Positions 1 through 9,941 are shown, counted from the first letter of the stretch. The stretch is DNA of 64,000 bases from Clostridia bacterium (GCA_045533905.1 JAZSIR010000008.1:32001-96000); one strand, 5' to 3'. Numbers and translations are program-made. Notes: a model not told the origin generated them from the letters alone.

Positions 1-810
1 ACACGTCAGTTCTGCATTGATTTGTGTGTCGATAATATCCTGAATTTCAGCCTTGCCGAGACTTCTGACAGCACGCTCAATCCTATCCTTCGAGCAGTCA
101 CATTGATACGCCGTTTCAGAAGTTTCGAACGTGTAAGAAGCAAAGTCGCGCAGTGCAAATGCCAGAATATCTTCCGGTGTTGCACCGTCTTCGAGCATTG
201 TGGTGATTGCCGGCATTTCCTTGACCATTTCCTCAAGCTTCAGAATCTGTTCATCTGTGGCTTCCGGCATTACCTGGAGTATCATGCCGCCCGCGGCTTT
301 TACGGAATAGTCGCGGTCCACAAGTACGCCGAGGGCAACTACGGAAGGAATCTGCTCACTTCTTGCATAATAGAGAGCAATATCGTCCCCGATTTCGCCG
401 GTGCAAAGTCTCACGTGCCCCATATACGGCTCTTTAAGGCCAAAGTCGCGGATAATGCCGAGAGTACCATCCGTACCCACAGCGCCGCCTACATCGAGTT
501 TTCCGTTTTTAAGCGGCAGATCCACAAGCGGATTTGCCAAATAGCCTTTCACATTGGCATTGCTGTCGCCTACTGCGATAAGCTTTCCGATAGGGCCGCC
601 GCCATCCACCTGCAAGGTCAGGCTATCCTTCTCGCCCTTCATCATATCACTCATAATGGCGCAGGCGGTAAGAAGCCGCCCGAGTGCGGCCGTTGCCGTA
701 GGCGAAGTTCCATGAATCTTCTGCGCTTCGTTTGCCATATTGGTTGTAAGTGCCACAGAGGCGCGCACGGCGCCATCTGCCGTAACGGCACGGATAATAT
801 AATCTTTCAT
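1..810 (-). CDS. hslO: Hsp33 redox-regulated chaperone (3' end runs off the window)
   Basis: Not in the ORF track. Manual translation from ATG at 810 gives MKDYIIRAVTADGAVRASVALTT...HGTSPTATAALGRLLT, the Hsp33 N-terminus; SD AGGAGG upstream. Confidence 0.92.
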   Translation of the reverse strand, partial: MKDYIIRAVTADGAVRASVALTTNMANEAQKIHGTSPTATAALGRLLTACAIMSDMMKGEKDSLTLQVDGGGPIGKLIAVGDSNANVKGYLANPLVDLPLKNGKLDVGGAVGTDGTLGIIRDFGLKEPYMGHVRLCTGEIGDDIALYYARSEQIPSVVALGVLVDRDYSVKAAGGMILQVMPEATDEQILKLEEMVKEMPAITTMLEDGATPEDILAFALRDFASYTFETSETAYQCDCSKDRIERAVRSLGKAEIQDIIDTQINAELTC

Positions 811-819
811 AGTTCCTCC

Positions 820-1227
820 TTATAATGCACGGTGACCAAGACCGATAGCCATTTCGTTCAGATGCAAAAGCCCGATACCGAAGAACATACATACACATAC
901 ATGCTCGCCACTTCGGGCAACGCCGATTTTACCGCCGACATTGAGACCGACAGCTTTCGCCATAATCTGCGAAACGGCCTCGCGCGCGGCACCTGCCACA
1001 GCACCCTCATCGCTGTGATTTGCGCCGATCAGCCCTTCGCGGCGTGCCGCCACAACCGTTCTTTCAATCAGCTTATTGACAGAGGTGATAAATTCACCGC
1101 CAAAATCCACAGCCGCCACCAAAACATCATTTTGGGCGCACTCTGCCTTCATTTTCTGTTCGCTTTCCCTGTCCGGCATCATAGCCATCTGAATCGCGCA
1201 GGTTGCTACCTCTTTACTTCCGTTCAT
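820..1227 (-). CDS. hutP: HutP-family RNA-binding protein
   Basis: 135 aa with AAVDFGG, VVAARREGLI, GAVAGAAREA, GGKIGVAR and C-terminal IGLGHR, typical of HutP. Confidence 0.85.
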   Translation of the reverse strand: MNGSKEVATCAIQMAMMPDRESEQKMKAECAQNDVLVAAVDFGGEFITSVNKLIERTVVAARREGLIGANHSDEGAVAGAAREAVSQIMAKAVGLNVGGKIGVARSGEHVCVCMFFGIGLLHLNEMAIGLGHRAL

Positions 1228-2447
1228 ACCATTTTCTCTCTTTCCGCAATTGCCCAGCCTGCGGCATAGCCCGTGGAAAAGGCAATTTGCAAATTGAATC
1301 CGCCTGTATAGGCGTCTACATCTATCACTTCGCCTGCAAAATACAGACCGCTTACTTTCTTACTTTCCATAGTTTTAGGGTTGATTTCCTCGGAGCTGAC
1401 GCCCCCTGCCGTTACAATTGCCTCGGCAATCGGCCGAAATCCCGCAACAGATAACGAAAAGCGTTTTAGCTGCATAAGTACCCTGCCGCGTTCTTCCTTT
1501 GTTAAAAGGCCCGTTTTTTTGTGCGGCGGAATTTCCGTCCTCGCAATCACAGTATCGATAAGACGCTTTGGTAAAAGGTCATCGAGGGCGTGCAAAAAGT
1601 CCTTCTTCGCATATTTCTCAAAGTCGCGACAAAGACGCCTGTCGAGCATTTCCTCGGAAAGTGCCGGTTTTAAATCGATGGAAACCGTATACGCTTCGCC
1701 TTTTTTCATATGGGCACTTGCACTTAAAACGACGGGGCCGGAAATACCGTCGTGCGTAAAGAGCATCTCCCCAAATTCCTTGTATACACATTTTTCGCCC
1801 TGCCAAACGCTAAGTTCTATGTTTTTAAGGCTGAGACCGGCGAGGTCTAATCGTGGCGTACATACAAGCGGCACAAGTGAGGGGCGCGGTAAAACAATTG
1901 TATGGCCCGTTTCTTTAGCGAACCGATACCCATCACCCGTGGAGCCCGTCTGCGGATAACTGGCACCGCCCGTGGCCACAACCACGGCATCTGCCAACAC
2001 GCCGCGTTCGCCGAGCATTACGCCGTGCACTTTGCCGTCGCGCACCACAATGCGCTCCGCCTTTTTATTGACAATACGAACGCCTTTTTCCAGAAGCCAC
2101 GCGCGAAGCGCAGCTACAATATCCCCTGCCGCATCGCTTTCGGGAAAAACGCGGTTGCCGCGCTCCACCTTCAGCGGCACGCCGCGTTCTTCGAAAAACT
2201 GCATCGTATCCATATTCGAAAAACGACGGAACGCGCTGTGCAGAAAACGTCCGTTTGTGACAACGCTCGAAATGAGTTCCTCGTGGTCGCAGGCGTTTGT
2301 CACATTGCACCGGCCCTTGCCCGTAATGCGAAGCTTGCGGCCGAGCTCTTTATTCTTTTCTACAAGGTACACCTTGGCACCTGCTTCTGCCGCAACGCCT
2401 GCCGCCATCATACCGGCAGGGCCGCCGCCCACTACTACAACCTGCAA
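1224..2447 (-). CDS. HI0933/YhiN-family NAD(P)/FAD-dependent oxidoreductase
   Basis: GGGPAG, GRKLRITGKGRCNVTN, ATGGASYP-TGSTGDG and GEVIDVDAYTGGFNLQ motifs. Confidence 0.93.
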   Translation of the reverse strand: MQVVVVGGGPAGMMAAGVAAEAGAKVYLVEKNKELGRKLRITGKGRCNVTNACDHEELISSVVTNGRFLHSAFRRFSNMDTMQFFEERGVPLKVERGNRVFPESDAAGDIVAALRAWLLEKGVRIVNKKAERIVVRDGKVHGVMLGERGVLADAVVVATGGASYPQTGSTGDGYRFAKETGHTIVLPRPSLVPLVCTPRLDLAGLSLKNIELSVWQGEKCVYKEFGEMLFTHDGISGPVVLSASAHMKKGEAYTVSIDLKPALSEEMLDRRLCRDFEKYAKKDFLHALDDLLPKRLIDTVIARTEIPPHKKTGLLTKEERGRVLMQLKRFSLSVAGFRPIAEAIVTAGGVSSEEINPKTMESKKVSGLYFAGEVIDVDAYTGGFNLQIAFSTGYAAGWAIAEREKMV

Positions 2448-2451
2448 GCTT

Positions 2452-3171
2452 TTATTTCTCCTTACCTACTACAAAAAATATGCGTTCACTCTCATCTTTT
2501 GGCGCTGAGAATGAAAGATTGTCATACACCCCTAAAACAGAAAGACCTGCGCGTTTTGCAGCGTTTTCAAGTTCCGGCACGGTATAAATACGCTGCGTTT
2601 GCCATTCATCGCAGCGGCGGAACGTGCCGTCCTCTTCACTTACAAAAAACGTAATGTCAAAGTGGCAGAGGTTCCCTTCCGTTTCATTATTCCATACATA
2701 AAATATATCTTCCTCATCGCACACAATTTGCGAATTCCCAAACTCTGTGCGAAGTTTATACGCGCTGTTAATATCAAAAATAAAGAGACCGCCCGGGTTT
2801 AAATAATTCTGCACAAGTGCGAAAAGCTTGTCTATATCCTCCGTGATATAATTCACGCAGTCAAGCGCGCTCACCATCGCATCTACGGTGCCGTACAGTT
2901 CAAAATCCGTCATATCCATATGGAGATATAAAATATCGCTATCCTTTTCTCTTGCGCGAGAAAGCATTTCGACAGAGGCATCGAGGCCTATCATATCATA
3001 CCCCTTAGCTTTAAGGCGCGTGGTAATATTCCCCGTACCGCAGCCAAGTTCGAGCACGAGCAAGGGATTTACCCCGAACTTTTTAAAAACCGCCTCATAA
3101 TACTCTACCCATTTATCATACGGCGTATCCCGCATAACGCGGTCATATATGTTTGAAAAATCACTGTACAT
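2452..3171 (-). CDS. Class I SAM-dependent methyltransferase
   Basis: LELGCGTG motif I, GLDAS, LNPGGLFIFD. Confidence 0.9.
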   Translation of the reverse strand: MYSDFSNIYDRVMRDTPYDKWVEYYEAVFKKFGVNPLLVLELGCGTGNITTRLKAKGYDMIGLDASVEMLSRAREKDSDILYLHMDMTDFELYGTVDAMVSALDCVNYITEDIDKLFALVQNYLNPGGLFIFDINSAYKLRTEFGNSQIVCDEEDIFYVWNNETEGNLCHFDITFFVSEEDGTFRRCDEWQTQRIYTVPELENAAKRAGLSVLGVYDNLSFSAPKDESERIFFVVGKEK

Positions 3172-3916
3172 ACTGCACCTGCCTAAGATATTCGTACATC
3201 AAAACGGCACCGGCCGCCGCCACGTTTAAAGATTCTGCGCCGCCGGGCATAGGAATAAGGATATGCCGCTCGGAAGCCGCAATCACGGCATCCGAAGCGC
3301 CGTTTGCTTCATTACCCAAAATCAGTATGCTCTTTTTGGGGAAAGCTACGCCATATAAAGGCTCTGCCTTTTCAGAAAGCGTGCTACAGAAAGCCGTATA
3401 GCCGGGAAATGCGGGTAAGGTTTCCGCTACGGCTATGGGAAGTGCAAACACGGAGCCCATAGACGCGCGCACCACTTTCGGCGAGAACGGATCTACCGTG
3501 CCCTTCAGAAGAACAACGCCATCGGCGCCCGCCGCATGTGCTGTACGGAAAATCGTGCCGAGGTTTCCGGGGTCCTGCACGCGGTCGCACACAATCACAA
3601 GCCCGCCGCGCGCCACTGCGCTTTCTTCCGCATAGATGGCTTTGGCTGTTGCTAAAATACCTTGCGGTGTTGCCGTGTCAGCAAGACTGTCAAAAAGTTT
3701 TGCCGGCAGTTTATAAAGGTTTTTTGCGCAAGGAATGTCACCCGTGTAATCCTCACGGACGAAAACGGCCGTGAGTTCACCGCCAAAGCCTTCGGCATCC
3801 CGCACAAGGCGCTCTCCTTCCAGGACAGTTTCGCCGCACTTTTTCCGATATGCCGCTGTGCTAAGCTTTCGAATATGTTTTATAATCTGATTTTCTGCGC
3901 TTGTAATTTCAATCAT
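3161..3916 (-). CDS. TrmH/SpoU-family RNA methyltransferase
   Basis: QDPGNLGTIFRTA, LGNEANG and IPM-GAESLNVA SPOUT motifs. Confidence 0.93.
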   Translation of the reverse strand: MIEITSAENQIIKHIRKLSTAAYRKKCGETVLEGERLVRDAEGFGGELTAVFVREDYTGDIPCAKNLYKLPAKLFDSLADTATPQGILATAKAIYAEESAVARGGLVIVCDRVQDPGNLGTIFRTAHAAGADGVVLLKGTVDPFSPKVVRASMGSVFALPIAVAETLPAFPGYTAFCSTLSEKAEPLYGVAFPKKSILILGNEANGASDAVIAASERHILIPMPGGAESLNVAAAGAVLMYEYLRQVQYVQ

Positions 3917-4554
3917 AATCTTTCAAGACGTTCCTTTTCTCCCAAAACGACCAGAATATCTTCGTTTGCAAATACCGTTTCGGCCACAGGTGCCGCATCG
4001 ATGGTTCCATTTTGCTTTTTGACTGCTAAAATATTGATGCCGAAGCGCTTCCGCACATCGAGCTCGATAATGCTTTTACCCACCCAGTCCTTCGGCACAG
4101 CCATTTCGATGATGCTATGCGTGGGCGAAAGCTGCATATAGTCAAGGAAGGTGTCCGTTGTAAGAAGCTGGGCAAGTCGTCTCCCCATATCGCCTTCCGG
4201 CAAAATCACCTTATCTGCACCTACCATACGGAGCACCTTGGCGTGCATTTCGTTCTGCCCTTTTACGATGATTTTTGCCACTCCGAGTTCCTTTAAAAGT
4301 ACCGTTGCCATGATGCTGTTTTCAAGCGGTTCCCCCATACAGACGATAACGGCATCGAAATTATCCGCGCCGATTTTTTCTAAAACCTCCCGCTCTGTGC
4401 AATCCCCAATCACGGCGTATGTGACCTCATCACGGATAGACTGTACATTTTCTTCTTTCTTATCCATAACCATAACTTCAGCGTTATGATTTGTAAGTGC
4501 CAGGGCGAGGCTACGCCCAAAGCGACCGAGACCTAAAATTAAAAACTTTTTCAT
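3913..4554 (-). CDS. ktrA: K+ uptake regulatory subunit (KtrA/TrkA, RCK_N + RCK_C)
   Basis: GLGRFG nucleotide-binding motif; start placed at MKKFLIL. Confidence 0.9.
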   Translation of the reverse strand: MKKFLILGLGRFGRSLALALTNHNAEVMVMDKKEENVQSIRDEVTYAVIGDCTEREVLEKIGADNFDAVIVCMGEPLENSIMATVLLKELGVAKIIVKGQNEMHAKVLRMVGADKVILPEGDMGRRLAQLLTTDTFLDYMQLSPTHSIIEMAVPKDWVGKSIIELDVRKRFGINILAVKKQNGTIDAAPVAETVFANEDILVVLGEKERLERL

Positions 4555-4563
4555 ATTACACAC

Positions 4564-5913
4564 CTACCCTAACAGTACAATTTCTTCCGGAAAACGGATA
4601 CTGTCTACCTTTTCCTCGCGCATAAAGAGCGCAATTACAAAGGACATAAATCCGATTCGACCTGTGAACATCAACAGGATTAAAAGCATTTTGCTGATCG
4701 GCGGCAAAAATGGCGTAACACCGGTTCCAAGACCTACCGTACCGAATGCAGAAAAAACTTCAAACATCAAATTCATCGGGTCTGCGCCGCCTGCGCAAAG
4801 GAGAAAAACAGCAGAAACCATTGCCACCAAGAAAGCCAAAATCACAATGGACATTGCTCGAAGCACCAGCATTTTCGGAATGCGGCGGCGGAAAATATTG
4901 GTATCTGCCCGCCCGCGGAATGCAGAAACAGCTCCACAAAGGACAACGGCTATGGTTACTGTTTTAATACCGCCCGCGGTCGAAGCCGGAGAGCCGCCGA
5001 TAAACATAAGCGCCATTGTTAAAAGCTTTGAAGGGACAGTGAGGTCTCCGTTCGAAATCGTATTAAATCCTGCTGTTCTTGTGGTGACAGATTGGAAAAA
5101 GGCTACAAGCAGCTTTTCTCCTGTCGGCATCGGACCGAGCGTGAGCGGATTCTGTTGCTCGAAAAAATAAAATGCCGCAAAGGGAACAAAAACCAAAATG
5201 CCTGTGGTAATGAGAACAAGTTTCGTGTGTAAGGACATATGCCTGCTGCGCGGCTTGCCCCATACCAAAAAGCCGAGGCCGCCCATGATAATCAGGGCGC
5301 ACACCACCAGATTTACCAAAACATCGTTCGCATACGGTGCAAGGCTGGAAAATGCCCCGTGCGCATCGCCGAGAATATCAAAACCGGCGTTGCAAAAAGC
5401 GGATACAGAAATGAAAATACTCTTCCATATCCCTTCCCCTATACCGAATTCCGGCACGAAACGGGCGGATAAAAGAATTGCCCCGCCCAGTTCGAAAAAT
5501 AATGTGCCAAATAAAATCCGTTTCATCAAGCGGACAATGCCGCCAATATCTGCGCCACTTAAAGATTCACTGATCACAACCCGTTCTTTTAGTGTGATTC
5601 TCCGTTTAAAAAGCAGAGAAAACAAGGTTAAAATGGCCATAAAGCCAAGGCCCCCGATTTGAATCAGAGACAGAAGAACCGCTTGGCCAAACCCCGTCCA
5701 GTGTTGCGCGGTATCCACCACTACAAGTCCTGTAACGCAGGTGGCAGATGTGACTGTGAAAACGGTGTCGAGCACGGAAAGCCGCTCGCCGCGATAGGCA
5801 ATCGGCAAAGATAACAGCACTGTTCCTAAAAGGATAATACTTAAAAATCCCAATACAATAATACGTACCGGCCGAAACTTTCCCATGCTGCGCCATACAC
5901 TTTTTTTGAGCAT
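4564..5913 (-). CDS. ktrB: K+ uptake membrane subunit (KtrB/TrkH)
   Basis: SATCVTGL, SAFCNAGF, TRTAGF, STAGGIK and SAFGTVGL pore motifs. Confidence 0.93.
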   Translation of the reverse strand: MLKKSVWRSMGKFRPVRIIVLGFLSIILLGTVLLSLPIAYRGERLSVLDTVFTVTSATCVTGLVVVDTAQHWTGFGQAVLLSLIQIGGLGFMAILTLFSLLFKRRITLKERVVISESLSGADIGGIVRLMKRILFGTLFFELGGAILLSARFVPEFGIGEGIWKSIFISVSAFCNAGFDILGDAHGAFSSLAPYANDVLVNLVVCALIIMGGLGFLVWGKPRSRHMSLHTKLVLITTGILVFVPFAAFYFFEQQNPLTLGPMPTGEKLLVAFFQSVTTRTAGFNTISNGDLTVPSKLLTMALMFIGGSPASTAGGIKTVTIAVVLCGAVSAFRGRADTNIFRRRIPKMLVLRAMSIVILAFLVAMVSAVFLLCAGGADPMNLMFEVFSAFGTVGLGTGVTPFLPPISKMLLILLMFTGRIGFMSFVIALFMREEKVDSIRFPEEIVLLG

Positions 5914-5932
5914 AGTTTTCTTTCCTCATACG

Positions 5933-5981
5933 AAAAAAGCCGCCGCAAAGCATGATACGCTCATATCTTTGCAGCAGCTTT
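5933..5981 (-). terminator. Intrinsic terminator after rplT
   Basis: Minus-strand hairpin AAAGCTGCTGCAAAG...CTTTGCGGCGGCTTT followed by a T-run. Confidence 0.7.
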
Positions 5982-5987
5982 CCTTTT

Positions 5988-6341
5988 TTATAAGCTTGCC
6001 TTTGCTTTTTCAACTAACGCCTTGAAAGCGTCTGCATCATGGATGGCAATTTCGGAAAGCATCTTGCGGTTGATTTCGATGCCGGCCTTCTTAAGACCAT
6101 TCATAAGCTGAGAATAGTTGATTCCGTTCATTTTTGCAGCTGCAGAAATACGGGTGATCCAAAGTCTTCTGAAATCGCGCTTCTTCTGCTTTCTGCCGAT
6201 GTATGCGTATACGAGCGATTTCATAACCGCCTGGTTCGCAACGCGGAAATTCTTAGACTTATGTCCTCTGTAGCCTTTTGCTAACTTCAATATCTTCTTA
6301 CGTCTTTTTCTTGTGCTTAAAGCGCCTTTTACGCGTGCCAT
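5988..6341 (-). CDS. rplT: 50S ribosomal protein L20
   Basis: MARVKG...LAKGYRG...RRLWITRI. Confidence 0.98.
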   Translation of the reverse strand: MARVKGALSTRKRRKKILKLAKGYRGHKSKNFRVANQAVMKSLVYAYIGRKQKKRDFRRLWITRISAAAKMNGINYSQLMNGLKKAGIEINRKMLSEIAIHDADAFKALVEKAKASL

Positions 6342-6356
6342 GTCTTACTCCTCCTA

Positions 6357-6554
6357 TTATTTATACGGTATAAGCTTCTTGATCGTTACGGCATTCGGAA
6401 TCGATGCGTATGCCGTCTTGCGAAGTCTTCTCTTACGCTTTGTAGACTTCTTGTTCAAAATATGGCTTTTGTATGCCTTTCCTCTCTTTACCTTGCCGGA
6501 TTTCGTAAGGCTAAAACGCTTCGCCGCACCTCTGTGCGTCTTTAACTTCGGCAT
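6357..6554 (-). CDS. rpmI: 50S ribosomal protein L35
   Basis: [14 protein letters not shown]; SD AAAGGAG upstream. Confidence 0.97.
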   Translation of the reverse strand: MPKLKTHRGAAKRFSLTKSGKVKRGKAYKSHILNKKSTKRKRRLRKTAYASIPNAVTIKKLIPYK

Positions 6555-6604
6555 GTGACTCTCTCCTTTTCTAAGTGATATATTCAAAGCCTTCTGGCTT
6601 TCAA

Positions 6605-7114
6605 TCAGTTTTTGGGTAATATAAACATCGTCATACTTCTGCCCTCAAGCTTCGGAAGCTTATCGACAGAACCGACTTCGCTTACTGTGTCTGCAAACTT
6701 CTTTAAGATTTCCTCGCCAAGGGAAGCATGGTGCAGCTCGCGGCCGCGGAAGCGTACGCTTACCTTTACCTTGTCCCCGGAACTTAAGAACTTAATTGCA
6801 TTTTTTGCTTTGGTCTGAAAATCATGGTCGTCAATAGACGGGGAAAGGCGGACTTCCTTAATCGCCACAACCTTCTGATTCTTTCTGGCCTCTTTTTCCT
6901 TTTTAGCGGCCTCGAACTTGTATTTGCCATAGTCCATAATCTTGCAAACCGGCGGCTTTGCCTGCGGTGCAATCTTGACCAAATCCAAATTCTTATCGTA
7001 CGCAATCTTCTGCGCTTCCTTGGTTGTCATTATACCAAGCTGTGACCCGTCGCTGTCAATGAGACGAACCTCCTTATCACGGATTTCCTCATTGATCATA
7101 ACTTCCTTACTGAT
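6605..7114 (-). CDS. infC: Translation initiation factor IF-3, probable non-canonical ATC start
   Basis: [30 protein letters not shown]; SD GGAGGTG lies 6 nt before an in-frame ATC at 7114. Confidence 0.95.
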   Translation of the reverse strand: MSKEVMINEEIRDKEVRLIDSDGSQLGIMTTKEAQKIAYDKNLDLVKIAPQAKPPVCKIMDYGKYKFEAAKKEKEARKNQKVVAIKEVRLSPSIDDHDFQTKAKNAIKFLSSGDKVKVSVRFRGRELHHASLGEEILKKFADTVSEVGSVDKLPKLEGRSMTMFILPKN

Positions 7115-7134
7115 AAACAGCACCTCCCAAAAAT

Positions 7135-7245
7135 TATAAAAGCGGAATTGCACAGCAAGCAATTCCGCCTTCTAAAGCCGGTGAAATATCAACCGTATGC
7201 GTACTCAAAAACGATACGGTGAGGGCATTGCCCTGCTTGCTACCT
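7135..7245 (-). promoter_or_regulatory. Ribosomal protein L20 leader (autoregulatory attenuator)
   Basis: Lies between the promoter and infC; AAGCAG..., ACCGTAT/ATACGGT stem and terminator GCGGAATTGC-loop-GCAATTCCGC-TTTT. Confidence 0.75.
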
Positions 7246-7249
7246 ATGT

Positions 7250-7278
7250 AGAATACCATAGTTTCTCTTATTTGTCAA
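7250..7278 (-). promoter_or_regulatory. SigA promoter of the infC operon
   Basis: TTGACA-N17-TATTCT with TG extended -10. Confidence 0.75.
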
Positions 7279-7295
7279 GCTTTTTTTGAAAATTT

Positions 7296-8183
7296 TTATC
7301 CCCAGAAGAACGTAAGGACGCGCATTTCTTCATCCAGCCGCACAAGTGCAAGGCGGCGCTGGGTCATAGAGTCCTCCGTATACTGGCGGTAATACCCCAT
7401 ACCTTCCGTGATATCTGCGCCTCTTCCCACAGCGTCTGCAAGAAGAAGTGCCGTCTCGCCCGCATAGTGCATATTGACCATTGCCCACCAGAGTTCCTGC
7501 GCGGAGGCACTAAAGCCGTACGGCTCCTTAAACACCTTAAACGCTTCCATCATGCGCGTAAACTCATCGTAAAACGTGCGGTACGCCTCCACTGTTTCAC
7601 TCTGATATCTACCGCTTTCCAGCATTTTCACAAGCGGTGAAAGTGCCTTATCGGCCTTGGAAAGAAACAAAAGGCTGCCGTACACATTGGTACGGATATA
7701 GGAAATTTCATCTTCAAAATATTCTGCTTCCAGAGAAAACACATCGGCGCTTTTCGTCTTATCGTCAAACTGTGCCTCCCCCGCAATGGCGATATCGCGA
7801 AGGCGCACAGCCGTACGTCCGCCGATATTGTAGGAAGGAATTTCCTTCCCTCTGAAAAATGTGCGAATGTCTGTTTTATATACATCAAATAGCTTTGTGC
7901 CGACTTCCACTTCTTCATATTCGGGAACCATAGGCGTGAGTGGCTTTATAAAGTCCTTATAAAACGAAACCGTTTTCGTACTCTCATCCCAGTTTACCAC
8001 AAACCCGAAGTTTTCAAGATCCCGCACGATGACTGCGGTGTATCCGTCAATATTATAAGACGGCACCATAAGATAGTCTATATATGCATGTATATCCGTA
8101 GCATATCCTGCGCCGATGATTTGCGCCCGGGCTCCGCTCGAAAGCCCGCACAGAAGCAGCAGTATGCAAATAATTTTCTTCAC
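7296..8183 (-). CDS. Secreted hypothetical protein with duplicated N-terminal module
   Basis: Signal peptide MKKIICILLLLCGLSSGARA; two copies of a Y.TDI...(V/I)PSYNI.G.TAV..RD module. Confidence 0.75.
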   Translation of the reverse strand: MKKIICILLLLCGLSSGARAQIIGAGYATDIHAYIDYLMVPSYNIDGYTAVIVRDLENFGFVVNWDESTKTVSFYKDFIKPLTPMVPEYEEVEVGTKLFDVYKTDIRTFFRGKEIPSYNIGGRTAVRLRDIAIAGEAQFDDKTKSADVFSLEAEYFEDEISYIRTNVYGSLLFLSKADKALSPLVKMLESGRYQSETVEAYRTFYDEFTRMMEAFKVFKEPYGFSASAQELWWAMVNMHYAGETALLLADAVGRGADITEGMGYYRQYTEDSMTQRRLALVRLDEEMRVLTFFWG

Positions 8184-8222
8184 GGCACTATCCTCCTATG
8201 GTTTTGCATGTGCCTATTCGTT

Positions 8223-9941
8223 TTACTCCACGGGTTCCTCTGTCGGCTCCAAAGTCGGCTGCGGTGTTTCCACCGTTCCCGGTGTCGGACTGAGAACCGG
8301 TCCTTCCGGAGAAACTGTCGGCTCGCCGCCCTCCGGCGGCACATCCTCACCCTCCCCGGGTGTCGGCGACGGCACAGCTTCGCCTGTACCTACATGGATG
8401 ATGCGAAGGGCACCGCGGTAATTGCTTCTGCAAAGATACTCTCTATCCGCCTCTTCGCCGTCTCTTTTTGTAATCTTATACGTATCTACAATATAGCCCG
8501 ATGTACCTTCCGACTCCACTTTTTCTTCGCCGAGCGGAAGCGTGGGGTCATCCACCTTCTTCTCCGGTGCCTCGGTGTGGCCGATGGTCACCGTTTCAAA
8601 CGAAACGCTCTTGGATTTATCTTCCTTATAGCCGAGGATTGCCATATACATCACGCCATCCTCTGCCGAGGAAAGGATCTTAACGGGGTATCCGCTCGTA
8701 TTCTTAAAGCGGAAATCGATATTGCCGTAGTCTACCGTGGCATCACGGCCAAGCGGCACATACGAAACGGTAAGCTGATGGTTGACGCGTTCCACGATTT
8801 CAAGGTCCGCAAACACAACGGCATTGAAAAGCGTAGATGAAACCTGACAGATACCGCCGCCGAGACCGGGAACCGATTCGCCGTTCATATATACCGTAGC
8901 TTCCTCAAAGCCTTCACTGTAGCTTCTTTCCCCTACCACATCGTTATAGGAGAAGATTTCATCCGGAGCAAGTATCGTTCCGTTGATTTTATTGGAAGCC
9001 AGAAGAATATTCTTGCTACGGCTTACCTGCGAAGTCTTGAACGTAGTGCTGTATTCCCCGATAACTTCGGAGAAAAGCTTTTCCTCAATATCTTCGAGCG
9101 TAACTTCCGGCTCGCGAATTGTCAAGGGAATTTCAAACGTTACGCCGTGACCGGGATGTGCATCAATGATTTCGTCTGCTCTCTCTTTATCGAAAGAAAT
9201 GCCTAGGGTATGCGGGCGCATAATCACCTTGCCGTCTTCAATGGAATAGGAAGCATCGGAAGCTTCGGAATATACGGCATCATAAAGCGTTTCCGCAGAA
9301 AGGGGCGATGGATTTCTGGATTCTTTTTTGAATACAATAGGCTTCTTATAGTCGCCGTCGCTTATTTTTTCCAAAATCGCTTCGGAGACCGTATATCTGT
9401 CCGGCAAAAGGCCGGGAGTTCCCGTGGTTACCACCAGTGTGCCGTCTTCGATCTCCCAGGTGTGCTCCTGCACCTTGTCGCCAATGCCCGTCATAAGCGA
9501 GTCGAGTGTTTCGTTATAAACCACATCGTCCACAGAGATTTCCATCCCGACATCCTTCCGTAAAATGAAAGCACGGAAGGCTTGCCCAATTCTTTTCAGC
9601 ATAGAGCCTTCATGGGCATACGAAAGCGCCTTTTCGGCAGTAGTCTCATAGTCATACGCCGCCAGAAAGTCAGAAGGCAATACATTCTTTTCCACATCGC
9701 CAAGTACAACCGTCACCGTCTTATCAAACTCAGTGCCGGAAAGCTTTTCGCGCATCTTTTCGACAGCCTCTTCCTTCGAAAGATTCGAAAGCGAAACGCC
9801 GCCGGCAGAGATGCCGCCGCAGATTTTGTTTATATTATATGCACGCGCCACGCATGCCCCTAAAAGCACACCGCCGATAAGGACAATGCACACACACATT
9901 ATAAATAACTTCTTAGGATGTTTCAAAGTATTTACCCCCAT
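8223..9941 (-). CDS. VanW-family protein (membrane anchor, PG-binding-type region, VanW, G5, P/T/E-rich tail)
   Basis: GGGICQVSSTLFNA, ERVNH, YVPLGRDATV, DFRFKN; G5-like DDPTLP.GEEKV. Confidence 0.9.
   Translation of the reverse strand: MGVNTLKHPKKLFIMCVCIVLIGGVLLGACVARAYNINKICGGISAGGVSLSNLSKEEAVEKMREKLSGTEFDKTVTVVLGDVEKNVLPSDFLAAYDYETTAEKALSYAHEGSMLKRIGQAFRAFILRKDVGMEISVDDVVYNETLDSLMTGIGDKVQEHTWEIEDGTLVVTTGTPGLLPDRYTVSEAILEKISDGDYKKPIVFKKESRNPSPLSAETLYDAVYSEASDASYSIEDGKVIMRPHTLGISFDKERADEIIDAHPGHGVTFEIPLTIREPEVTLEDIEEKLFSEVIGEYSTTFKTSQVSRSKNILLASNKINGTILAPDEIFSYNDVVGERSYSEGFEEATVYMNGESVPGLGGGICQVSSTLFNAVVFADLEIVERVNHQLTVSYVPLGRDATVDYGNIDFRFKNTSGYPVKILSSAEDGVMYMAILGYKEDKSKSVSFETVTIGHTEAPEKKVDDPTLPLGEEKVESEGTSGYIVDTYKITKRDGEEADREYLCRSNYRGALRIIHVGTGEAVPSPTPGEGEDVPPEGGEPTVSPEGPVLSPTPGTVETPQPTLEPTEEPVE

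Noticed and set aside
22-825. 267-aa plus-strand ORF
   Set aside because: Shadow of hslO on the minus strand, which the track missed because it runs off the window.
8223-9941. vanW as vancomycin resistance
   Set aside because: No vanHAX or vanRS nearby; stand-alone VanW-G5 proteins are common in Clostridia.
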